Source: Selaginella moellendorffii (lineage: Eukaryota > Plantae > Lycopodiophyta). Taken from it: a stretch of 64,000 nt of DNA. The translations under genes and the position numbers were made by a program. Shown piece after piece: positions 23,646 to 37,531 of the stretch. The notes under the pieces are model-generated. The model was not told the origin of the DNA and did no database searches. It worked only from the letters and a program-made list of their open reading frames with translations. The stretch's first letter is position 1. Every line of letters begins with the position of its first letter. The DNA lies in assembly GCF_000143415.4 (NCBI RefSeq), contig NW_003314290.1, forward strand, positions 1,328,536-1,392,535. The letters run 5' to 3'.

Positions 23646-26394
23646 ATGGCAGCTGCGAATCGAGAAGTGGAGGCCGTGCCTTTGCTCCACTTGCCTGGCT
23701 CGCTCGCAAGCGATCATCACCAGGGCATGCAAGGCCTTTCAGTCGCTGCTCCTCCGCATTACATGTAAATCGTTTCTACAGTTGCTTGTCTCTCCTTGTT
23801 CTAGTTCTTCCTTGCAAGAGGGTCATGGATTCTTGCTTGTTTTTGCTTTGCATCGCATTCCGATCATTCGTTTTCGTTTTCTCGTTCTCTTTCTCTCTCT
23901 CTCTCCGTAGCTAGCTTTGCCTAAAGTTGCTTGTTTGCTTCTTCTTGGCTATGGCGAAACACTACTAATGGTTTAATGGTTTCCTTCTTTTCTTTTCTTT
24001 GTGAGCGTAGAGGATCGTTCGTGGCGGATCCTCTGAGAGATCAGAGCGGCGCTTACGATCTGGGAGAGCTGGAGCAGCCTCTGAGCTTCGGGATCGACGG
24101 TGGCAGCGAGCACAGCTTCGAAAGACGAAGTAAGTTCTACAGAACTTTCGAAAAAGAAAAGAGAAAAGAAATCCTTCCATCTCCTTTAAGTTCCATAGTT
24201 CCGTTTCCTGACCCCGTTAGTGGATTTATACTACATGAGAGTTTGAAAAGTTCTTCCCATATCTCTCTCTCTCTCCAGAGCAGCCTTTCTCCTCATGATT
24301 GACGAAGCAATTCCTCCGCGATTAAATGCCTCTCAACATTTCTCTTTGTTTTCTCCTCCTTTCCGTGTCGCCAGGCGCGATCGCCCAAGCAAGAAACACG
24401 TTGAACATTCTTCCCGCCGGTCCTGTGCGCTTCGACAACACCCCTCCAAACAACAAGGTGTGTGCGCGCGTGTGTGTGAGTGTGTGATTTCTAGAACTCA
24501 AACAAGCACAAACTTTTGCTAACTCCGCTTTGATCTCTCTGCAAATTTCTCGCCACCACCATTACAATCCAGCAGCAGCACCCAGGCTCGTCGCAAGTCA
24601 CCTCACCGTCTGCGGCGAGCACAGACTCTCGGTTCTCGCAATACACGTCCTCGGGACGAGGCGGCATTCAACCTGGCTTTGAGTCGCCAACTAGCCGCTT
24701 GGACAATTGGGGGGACTCGAGAACCACGGACAACAACAGCCCCAGGACCGACACCTCCACGGACATGGAAACTAATGTTATCAAGGTAGTACAGCAAAAA
24801 AGGGTGAAAGTTCTTTCTCGGTTTTCGCAAATTGCAACCTTTTCTCTTGTGTTTCTTACAGTGTTTTGTTGTTGGTGTAGTCAGAACAAAACCAGCAGCA
24901 AGCAGCAGGGGCAGCAGGATCAAACCACCACCATCGCCGCGAGCATAAAAATCTGGATGCAAAGGTTTGAATTCTCCTTTCTTCTTCTTGGAATAACTGT
25001 AGGAAAGAAAACCTTCCAGGCACTGCGGAGGCTGGCCCAGAATCGAGAGGCCGCTCGCAAGAGTCGATTACGAAAAAAGGTATAATTCCCATCTTCTTTT
25101 CTTTGAAGAACATATTACTAAGTAGAAACTTATAAACAGGCATACGTTCAGCAGCTTGAATCGAGCCGGATGAAACTAAACCAGCTCGAGCAAGAGCTTC
25201 AGCGCGCTCGTCAACAGGTTTCTTAAATCCCTTGAGTTTCCTTCTAGTGTTTGAGTTCCAAACAAGACACTAACTTTCTCTCGTTTTCTTCCGTTTCTTT
25301 AGCAGGGCTTCTACGTCGGTGCCGGGGGCTATGGAGAGCACCTCGCCGGAGCTAATGCACCATTAAATCCAGGTATCAAGAAAAAACCAACCAGAGAAAA
25401 CTGGAAAACCATTTGATTGAATGAATGACTCGAGCGTTTTTTTAGGTGCCGCTGCCTTTGACATGGACTACGCACGGTGGCTGGAAGAGCAACACAGGCA
25501 GCTATGCGAGCTCCGGAGCGCTCTCCAGTCTCACGTCGCGGACAACGAGCTGAGAGTTTTGGTGGACAACGGCCTGGCGCACTACGACGAGATCTTCCGG
25601 ATGAAGAGCGTCGCGGCCAAGGCCGACGTCTTCCACCTCGTCTCCGGGATGTGGAAGTCTCCCGCCGAGCGCTGCTTCATGTGGATGGGAGGATTCAGAC
25701 CCTCGGAGCTTCTCAAGGTAAGCTGTATCGTATCGATCTTAAGTTGGCTGACGAGAAGATGAAAAAATTTGTTTTTTTCTGTTAGATCTTGATTCCACAG
25801 CTGGAGCCCCTCACCGAGCAGCAGCTGATGGGGATTTGCAACCTCCAGCAATCCTCGCAGCAGGCCGAGGACGCTTTGTCGCAGGGAATGGAGGCTCTCC
25901 AGCAGTCCCTCTCCGACACTCTGGCCTCGGGATCGCTGGGGGCCTCGTCCAACGTCGCAAACTACATGGGACAGATGGCTATGGCCATGGGGAAGCTCGG
26001 CACTCTGGAAAACTTTGTTCGTCAGGTAAAGCCAAACTCTTTCTTCTTCTTTTTTCATTTCCAGCAGTTTTTCTTGGTCTTGCTCTCCATAATGAAAGTT
26101 CTGCCTTAGTTTTCCACAGCTTTTTCTATGGGGCATTATTGTTTTTCTTTCTTCTTTGTTCGTTTTTTTCGTTGGTGCTTTTTGGATTCGATATCAATGT
26201 CCTTGTTTTGATTCGTTTTTTCTTTGTTTCTACTGGACATGACTCAGGCTGACAACCTTCGCCAGCAAACGCTCCAGCAAATGCACAGGATTCTCACCAC
26301 GAGACAAGCCGCCAGGGGACTTTTGGCGATGGGCGACTACTTTGCAAGGCTCCGAGCCTTGAGCTCTCTGTGGTCAGCCCGTCCCAGGGAATGA
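23646..26394 (+). CDS. TGA-class bZIP transcription factor with DOG1 domain (TGA9/10-like N-terminus)
   Basis: AYDLGELEQ, TLNI, DNSPRTDTSTD, bZIP RRLAQNREAARKSRLRKKAYVQQLE, AAAFDMDYARWLEE and SPAERCFMWMGGFRPSELLK; ends RLRALSSLWSARPRE-TGA. The start codon is inferred. Confidence 0.93.
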
Positions 26395-27027
26395 AGAACG
26401 AGCAATCCATCAACCACAAATCTCCATTCCATCCTAACTCTTCGTTCCACCATGATCATCAATCAGCTTTGATCCAGTCGACGGCGCTTCGATGTGCCTT
26501 GAAGGTCGAAAACTCCTGCCGGCCAACGAGATGATCTCGCAAACTGTGGATGATCCAATCCAGGGGACAGACGTACTACGATTTCTAACGAACACGGAGC
26601 TGCACGCACGAATCCGAGACGACAGCAATCGAACAAGTACTGTGAATACATTTGAAAGAGGCCAAAGCCGACGTGATTTTTGTACAAGGAGGTGGCGGAC
26701 ACCGTTTGGCCTGTGTAACATCCCTAATGTGAATTTGATTTTGAATAAACATTAATGATCATGCAAAAGAACTGAACTTTGTCTAACATGAAAGTTTAAA
26801 TTTATAAATTATAACCGTTAAACTATTGCGCTTATACTTGGAATATCCTTTTTTTAATTAAAGACTGGGAGATACTTCCCAACTGCTGGACTATACCCAC
26901 CACGAAAATATATATTCAGTATTATCGGGTGTCTCTGAACCAAACATGGAAGAGACAAACGAAGAACAGAGCTCAGGAAACCAAAATCATTGTAGCTATT
27001 GGAAAGGAGGAAGAGGAGGAGAGAAAA

Positions 27028-28479
27028 ATGGGGGCCAGGAAGCCTCACCTTGTGGCGCTGGCACTCACGGGTGAAGGTCACGTCACTCCAATGATGCATC
27101 TTTGCGCTTTCCTCTCAAAAGTCCACAAATTCTCCATCACTTTCGCGCTCCTCAGCTCCCTCGACTCGATTCTTCGCAAGAAATCCTGGCCACCACCAGG
27201 CACGGACATAACTCTGGTGGAAGTCCAAGGCACCCCGTACGTCCACCGCGAGCGTCCCCCCGCGTCGAAAAGGTTCGATATTACTCCCATTCACGAGCAC
27301 TGGAAGGAGAAGTTTCCAGAGCCCCTCAAGAGATTCTTGGAGGAGCTCCAGTTTGTGGATTGCCTGGTTTGCGACTATCAACTAAGCTGGGCGATTGATG
27401 TTGCGAGCAAGCTCGGCATTTCAGGAGCGATCTTGTTCACTGGGTGCGTCACTTGGAGCTGGTTTGAATCCAACATGGCTCAGCTGGTATCGACCGGAGT
27501 TGTTCCAATGGAAGATCCGGGTAAGCTAGCTCTAGATCAAAGTCCCAGGTTCTTCCAATCCATTCTCTTCCGTACAGAGCTTGCCGAAGACGAGGACTAT
27601 CCAGTCTTGGAGAAACCAGTCAAGCTGCGAAGGTCCGACATACCTTGGCACTTTTGGAACAATCGACCTTGGCAGGAGCATACGATCAATAGCAATGCCG
27701 ATGCTTTCGTCAGAGCCCGATGGACCCTCGTTTCGTCCTGCGAGGAACTCGAGCCGGAGATCACGGGGGCCATGAAACAAGCCATAGGTGGCGACAAGTT
27801 CCTGCCGGTTGGTCCGCTGTTCCTCCTTGGCGATCGTCCAGAGGACACCGGGTTCACGAGCTTTGATCCAAAGTGCCTCGGCTGGCTCGACCAGCAGCCG
27901 GACAAATCCGTCCTCTACATCGCGTTTGGCAGCGTCGCCGAGCTCTCGATCGAAGAACTCGTCGAGTTTGGCGAGGGGCTTGTCGCGAGCAAGCAAAAGT
28001 TCCTGTGGGTGACGAGGCCGAGCAAGGATGAAAACACCAACGAGTTCTACGAGAGCTTTGGCGACAAGAATAGGGAGCAAGGATTCGTCACGTCTTGGGC
28101 TCCGCAAGCTCGGGTTCTCTCGCACTCGTCGGTGGGAGCCTTCCTTTCTCACTGTGGATGGAACTCGACTATAGAGGGTGTCTCGAGCGGTAAGGTGATT
28201 CTATGCTGGCCTTGTCTGTTCGATCAGAATCTAAACCGGAGGCTCGTTGTGGAGAACTGGAGAGTTGGATTTGGATTTGACAAGACCCAAGGAAAAGTTC
28301 GTAGAGAAGAGGTGGAGAGGGTGATACGTCTGGCTATGAAGGAAGACCAAGGCAGGGAAGCACGGCGAAGAGTTGAAGAGCTCAGCGGCAAGATGAAACG
28401 GGCAGTCACAGTACCTGGCGGTGTCTCCCTGCAAAATCTCGAGAAATTCGTCTGGGAGATTGTGAGCTCCAGAGTTTGA
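27028..28479 (+). CDS. Family 1 UDP-glycosyltransferase
   Basis: GHVTPM catalytic His; PSPG box WAPQARVLSHSSVGAFLSHCGWNSTIEG...DQ; probable 57-nt intron at 27521-27577. Confidence 0.95.
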   Translation: MGARKPHLVALALTGEGHVTPMMHLCAFLSKVHKFSITFALLSSLDSILRKKSWPPPGTDITLVEVQGTPYVHRERPPASKRFDITPIHEHWKEKFPEPLKRFLEELQFVDCLVCDYQLSWAIDVASKLGISGAILFTGCVTWSWFESNMAQLVSTGVVPMEDPGKLALDQSPRFFQSILFRTELAEDEDYPVLEKPVKLRRSDIPWHFWNNRPWQEHTINSNADAFVRARWTLVSSCEELEPEITGAMKQAIGGDKFLPVGPLFLLGDRPEDTGFTSFDPKCLGWLDQQPDKSVLYIAFGSVAELSIEELVEFGEGLVASKQKFLWVTRPSKDENTNEFYESFGDKNREQGFVTSWAPQARVLSHSSVGAFLSHCGWNSTIEGVSSGKVILCWPCLFDQNLNRRLVVENWRVGFGFDKTQGKVRREEVERVIRLAMKEDQGREARRRVEELSGKMKRAVTVPGGVSLQNLEKFVWEIVSSRV

Positions 28480-28581
28480 AGCTGTAATAACATTCCTTAG
28501 CTTCGTATAATAAGATAAGAACCAAGAACCTTGGGAACAATATTTGCTACCCGGTCAAGTAGCGGTTCAATTTTGGATACA

Positions 28582-30716
<2,135 letters not shown>

Positions 30717-31315
30717 CGGCCGTGTAAGGGGGGAACGAGAAACAGGCAAAAGAACTTCGATCGAAGCTCACAGAAGCCTGCAGAAGGAAAGGAGGAGGAT
30801 TTAAATAAGAACCAAGTGAAAGAAGAATTCAAATGGCTTACTTCCTCAAGAAAACAAGAGCCATCCTCGCCAAGCCACAGAAAAAAGAGAAAAAGAGAAG
30901 TACAAATAAGAAGAGCTCACACACAACTTGACCAAATAATCTTTGTGCATGGACTACCACACAAAAAATTGGAGGACACACCGAGCCTAGCCGCCCTCCA
31001 GGTCCGGGACTCCCAGGCTCGGTAATAGATTCTTAAGCGAAGCTCACCATTGATGAGCCAGTTTTCTTTCTTCTTCCAAGTTTTCCTGTCAACGGGACAA
31101 GTTCTTGAATTAGTTTACATCTCCAGCTAAATTTCTCATGAAACGGAATGACTTCTCCCAGAAAATATAATCAAATTCATGATCATGGATCGTCGCGCAA
31201 TACTCTACATATACCTGGAAGAGAGAACAAAAAAATATGCAGGAGATATATGAAAGCACTGGAAAGAAGAATGGATTGGCTTGGAGCGGCAAACTCACAC
31301 GCATAGAGGTTGTCG

Positions 31316-32546
31316 CTACCTTGCGCTCTTGTGGATTTTAAAGCCATATATCCGGGGTACATAGCTTTGAACTGGCTTGGCGGGCTTGAGATAGGCGTTG
31401 GTCATCAACAGGAGATGAGCAAACGTAGTTCCAAAATATGCTCCATCAATGTCTTGAGGAGAAACAATAAAAATCAAGGCCTTAGTTCATGGAAACACTA
31501 GATATCGAGCAAGTCCACTTACTGCCTTGGTACTTTGATCGCGGGTAGTAAAGATCCTCGCATTTCGGACAATACATCTTGACGGTCCCGTTCCTGGGGA
31601 TGTCGGACTGTCCGACTGGGAGGCACTGCTGTCCGGAGCAATGGAACCGCGGACAGCGTCCAAAATCTGCTTTCTTGTACTTTTCAAGCTGCGGGAAGGC
31701 AAAGGGAGAAAACACTGAGAACTAAGTAACGAGAAAGGTAGCACATACCATAGCAGCCATTCCTTTGCTCGTCAGAATGTAGCGGACATGGATCAGCCCG
31801 TAGAGCATCTCGGCAGCCGACTCCACCATTTCGTTTTGCTCTTCGGTGAGAATGTCTTCTGCAGGAAGACAAACACAGTGTTTAGAGCTCTCTTAGACAA
31901 ACAGGGGCTCACCGTTTGGAGACTCGACGTCTAGAATGAGGTCCAGCGCGTAGTCATAGTAAGGAACTTGGGCGCAGAGGCCACTCAGGTTAAAATCATC
32001 CTGTATGTACTCTTCGTCCACCTCGCAAAAGAACTCGTTCCCTTTGAGCCCGCAAAACCAAGAGATCCACGACACATCCTCTTCCTCCGAGACGCTGGCG
32101 TCGGCTTCCTCGCTATCGGTCTCGAAATCCTCCTCTAGAAGCAAAGCAAAGACAAAAAGAAAGTGAAAACCACAATGCAAGAGCAAGAAAGAAAAAAGAA
32201 TGAGACTCAGATTCAAAGGAAACAACAATGCAAGAGCAAGAAAGAAAAACGAATGAGCAACCAAAAAAGAGGAGAAGCAGCAGCACTCACCCTCGTCTGG
32301 AAACTTGCTCTTGTCGAATCCTTCCGACTTTACATGGCGGCGGCCGGAAGAAGTAGAAGGATTCTCCTGCCCATTAGCTCCACCGCCGCCGACGCCTCCC
32401 ACTCCACCGCCCTTGGAAGTGGATTGCGACTGAGAAGACACATCCTCTGTGAAGGGCTCCAGCTTGCCATAGCTCCTGCTACTCCCTGCTACTGCCGCCG
32501 CCGACGCCGCTGCTATTGCTGGAGGGCGCCCGCGGTCCTTGTACAT
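31316..32546 (-). CDS. CKB: Casein kinase II regulatory beta subunit
   Basis: [50 protein letters not shown] and [11 protein letters not shown]; TAG at 31316-31318. Confidence 0.95.
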
Positions 32547-33069
32547 GTCTGCTGCCGCGCCCACCCCACATCTAATCCCTGGCACCGATCTAAGCTCCTC
32601 TCCTCCTCCGCGGCGCTTACCTCAGTCAGATCCTCCGCCGCGCCATCGCCATCGCCATCGCCAATCGCGCACTCTCTACAATAAACCCTAAACAGCCCTA
32701 CATTCACTTGGCTTTTCGGAAATTACGCAAACCCACTTTAATTTTCTTTAAGCCCTTCTTTTTCATCGATTTTTCTTCTTTTTTTGTTTTCTTTTTTTTT
32801 TCTTTTTGCCGAGTAGTGAAATCGTCCTCACAAACTTTCGCCTAAAACAAGCACTGTCACCTCCCCAAAAAACACAAAGCCACCACCAAATTTCTTTCTT
32901 CTTTGTTCTTTCTTCTTCTTCGCCGCCGCGATTTTATTCCAGAGAATCAGACGAACTCCAATGACGAAGACGAAGACGAAGACGATCGATCTTTTCTCTG
33001 CCTGGTGATGGATTGCTGCTTCTCTCTTGATTTGAGCTCTTCCAAAGAGGAGATGGACCTTCGTTTTGC

Positions 33070-36000
33070 TTACCAGCCATTCGCGTTGGCCACCACTCCA
33101 TACTTCTCCACCGACGGTGCCGGAGGAGGCACCGCCACACCCTTTGCTCGCTGGAAATCTTCCAGCGTCCGAAACTCGGTGCTCAACAGCCGCTCTAGCT
33201 CCGGATGCTTGCTCAACGTTTCGACTCCGCAGCTAGCGTTCTTACTGCTCTTCTCGCGATAGAAATGGAAAGCCCTGCACATTTGATCCATCAAAACTCG
33301 CTTCTCTAAACTCAAATCGTATTTACCAGTATTTCTCGAGGCCGTAAAGGCTACCCTGCTTGTAAGTCTGCAGCGTCAGCTGCTCAAAATCTTCGTACAG
33401 GTCTTGCTTGAACTTCTGCTCCAGCCCATAACTGAAATCACAAAGCTTTTAGTTCAGAAACTTGAGAACGAGCATCGAACCTGTAGAATCTGAAAAGGCA
33501 CTCCATGCCGTAACTAAAGCCTGCTTGAAACTCTTCCTCAGCCAAACTACGAAAATGTTTGTACATTACACGATTGAAATTCGTGCGCAGAAAATAGCAC
33601 CAAAATCTGAAGAGGGTGTTCATTTCCTACAGCCACCACACGGGCATTGTGATGAACGCAAAATCATAGAAACAGGTGCCTTACCTCACTGCAACCCATG
33701 CCGACTCGCTTGCGGTCCGCCATGCAACGCTTGAAAAACTTGATGTACCTGGAATTGTAGATTAAGATAGATAAGCTAACTGCAAGACACTTACTTTTGC
33801 TGCTTGAAGCCATTGTCCTCAAGCAGAGCATGACTCGGATGTTGGAAACGTGGAAAAGGCTTCGGTATCGACCCCACAGGTGGGCTAGCAGCGGACAAAG
33901 TAGCAATCGACGCCGAGACACTGAAGCCCACGAGTTAAACGCCTCAGCTGACATGAAAAGTACAGAAATAAAAATAATCGAACCTTTGAACGTCTGCTGG
34001 TGTCGTACCGAAAAAGAACCCAACAGAATCACTTGGAGGACTCTCTGCATAGTGCTTTCGTTCCTTCGAAGGAAACAATCGCTGCCGACCAGGACGCGAG
34101 CTCGTTCGCAATTTGCCATTCGCCTCCGCTGTGGGAATTGATCCTACACTTGCTTCCTCCTTCGATAGCTTCTGAATTCCAATCTCCAGGAGATTACAAC
34201 ACACACATGGAAATGAACAACAGACCTGTTCGTAGTAGTACAGCCCGTCATTAATAAGTTCAGCTAAATCATCTGGAAGTCCTTCCTTCCACTGTCCGCT
34301 CTCAGAACTTCTGATGTTCTTGCCTTTCTGTCAACGAGAATTAAAAAAATAAATATCATACAACAACGGACATAAACAAATGCCTACCTGAGTCACAATA
34401 AATAATCGTTGAACATCGTGATCTTTCACATCCGAATCATCTTCCTCGCCGTCATCGTGGCTGAATATCAAACTGGGCATAAACAAGTTTATAAAAAAGA
34501 AGTACTACCTGTACGTATCCGAGTGGTCAAACTCCTCGTCCATCTTGAAGGTCTGATCCATGTTGTTAGCAGAGCTACTGCCTGCAAACGCGTTTGTTAG
34601 ACCACCAGCCTTCGGTTTCGGGGCGTGGTTTGGGATCTGTTCAATGTCGCCGTTTCTCACGCCCTGAAATGTGTGTTCTTCCGCTCCAGTTGCCACGGCT
34701 TCGTACACATATCGAGTGGGTACCATATGCGAATTGTCTGCAGGGAGCGCCCAGGACGCTCCATCGTGTCTCTTCCGAAGTCTATCCCCCTGACGCAACA
34801 TAGTCAGAGACTTGAATGCAGCGGATAGCACGTACCTGGACTTCGACCACCGCGGAATTCCGTAGAGCATCCAGAATAATGCTCGTGTCCGACGTCAAGG
34901 ACCGCACCTGAGCATCATCAAAGTTAGCTTTGATCCCGTAGCACGAAAAACAAACTCACTCTATTGAAAGATGCGATCGTTGAAACTGGTATAAAGCCTT
35001 GATGATCCATATTCGAGCGAAGAAATATGTCACGGCACAAGTTCTCAACACTGAAAAGAAAGGCGAAAAGTTGGTTTACGGAAAGAGAGATAAGTCCTGA
35101 GCACCTAAAGTAGTATTCGATCTGTTTGACCAGCATTTGTCTGAGAGACGCATGGTCGGGGACGGGTACAAGTGGAGTTGGAGCGGCATAAAATCCAGGA
35201 CCGTGCATGGGATTTGCAGCGGTTGGCGAAAGATAATACATCGCTCCTGCGTGAAAGAACAGAACACCACCTCAGAGATGCGAAAACAAAGTGAGAGCTT
35301 CAAACCTGTAGGAGGAAATCCAGGATTCACATTCACGTAGGTAGCTTGAGGAGGCGGATAATGCCTCGGACCCAGACGATTATATCCATAGTTGTTTCGT
35401 TGAGGATTCCAGTTGTTGTTCGGTCTGGGTTCCCTTGGGTTCCGCCGATTCCCCTGATAGCTTCCACTGTTTCCTTGCTGATGAAAAGTCCTAGGAGTAA
35501 CTCTCTCGGTCCCAAGACCTCCTCCTCCTCCTCCAGCACTGGGCTTCGAATACTCCGTATTAAACTTCGAAGCCCGCTCCACACTCGGAACGAAAGAATT
35601 CGTCTCGGAGTTCAAAGGCGTCGATTGAGCTGCAAGCTTCTTTCCCTTCAGCTTGCTCGCATCGGCGGCAGCAGCGGCAACGGTAGGCGATGTTGGGAGC
35701 TGCCATGCAAGCGAGAAAACCGAATCAGCTCAACCATGCACTACCGTAGCTAGCTCGATAAAAATACGAAGGAAACAAGGAAACACTACCTGGTAATCGC
35801 TTTGAGCCTCTGGAGTAGCAGCCAGAGATGACTTCTGCTCCGCGGTATCGCCCAGCGCTGGCCAAGACACAGCTCCCATAACTGGCCCTGCGGGAGAATC
35901 CTTGGGACTCGTAGGCTTCTTCCACGCTTGCTTCACAGGCTTGGTCGGGGTGGTGGCAGCGCTGCTAGCTTCCACCCCAGTGCCCGGCGATTCCTGGCCA

Positions 36001-36212
36001 CCCTGAGGACTAGTGACGGTGGCGGCGGCGGCGCTCGTGTTCTCGCCCTCCATGTTGCTTGTATGGCTCCCGCGGACCACCTGAGACCATGCGCCCTTTG
36101 GGGTGCTAATGCTAAGCCCTGGCGGCGCTTTGGACGAACCCTTGCCCCCAGACTCCACCATCTTTGCTGATTCTGCCGAAGAGCCAGCGGACGCTTCCAC
36201 GGCCGCCGCCAT
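33070..36212 (-). CDS. LARP1: La-related protein 1 (La motif plus DM15 repeats)
   Basis: [42 protein letters not shown] and [20 protein letters not shown]. Confidence 0.92.
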
Positions 36213-37531
36213 CAAATTCTTCTTCGTCTCGGGCCTTGGCACCCCCTCACATTGGAGGCGCGGCTCCAGAGCCAGATCGAGGGAGATTTCTCAAGGGAAA
36301 GGAAAAAGGCGAGCGCAACAGGGAGGGTGGGGACGAATCAAAGCTTGGGGGTGGAGAAATATCGCGAGAGAAAGAGAGAGAGGAAGAAATCCAAGAACAA
36401 GGGGGAAGATCAAGCTACCTCCTTCTCCCCGGCGCGCAAGGGGACCGATTCGAGCGAATGCAGATTGGAAGCGTCGAAAAAAGGGCAAAAGCAGCTGAGA
36501 GAGCCGCCGGTGAGCTCACGAATCCGCCATCGCTGCCAGCAAGTGGAGGCGCTCACCTGCGACGACGCCCTGGAGCTCGCCATCCCCCGATTGAGCCACT
36601 GCGTTCGATACACCAAACCCTAGCCTTGGCCCAAAGCCTCTCCCCGACTACTATGTGTGCGGCGTGGGCTAACACATACATGGATGCCTAAACATCATAC
36701 ATTATGCTTAATAAAATCCCCTAACTAAGGTAAATCTTAATAATTTTATCGCGTTGGATCTGTACGGCTAGTTTTGCCTTAATTTTTTACCAATGGTGGC
36801 GAGCTAACAACACAGGGTAAAAAATCAAGACAAAACTCTCTCTGGAAAGGAAAGATTCCAGGAGAGATTCGTTGAAAATTCAAGCAAAGGAGATCTTATT
36901 TGCTCAACTTTCCAAACTACACGTAACTTTCGAAAAGACATCCTGGCAAATTCTTGTAACACATACATTCTAACCAATCGTCTTGATCAAATTCAAATTT
37001 AGTGAGAAAAATAAAACAGGCATATTCACAACTAATAGAAAAACTATCATACGCAAATATGTGCTATGCATTCTAAGATGCAAGGTGTATAAATTTGGAA
37101 CAGTGTTTGAGCAATTGTAGACTTTTGGCTGGCAAGAAAAAAACAATAGCACGTTAGACGAAGAGGACACACATACGTATGGGATGCCACGCCTAAATCC
37201 ATCAAAAAAAAAAAAAACACACACACACACACACACCTGGAATTATAAACAAAGACACGAGCTTTACCTCCTTTTGGTTCTTCGAATTTCCAGTACCGAT
37301 CATATAGGCGGGATTGGAGGAATTATATCGGCCGTGGTAGTCTCTCTCAGCACGTCACGCAACGCATTCTTTCATTCTTTATGCGCATCTGCAAGAGAAG
37401 TATGAGCTCTGATACTTAGACAAAACGAAGAACTTGGTACCTTTTCCATGGATCAATCAAGCCTGGAAGAAGCAGCAAAGCTTAGAACAAATGCATGAAA
37501 GAGACGAGGAAAAGAGTTCCTCACCTTCACG

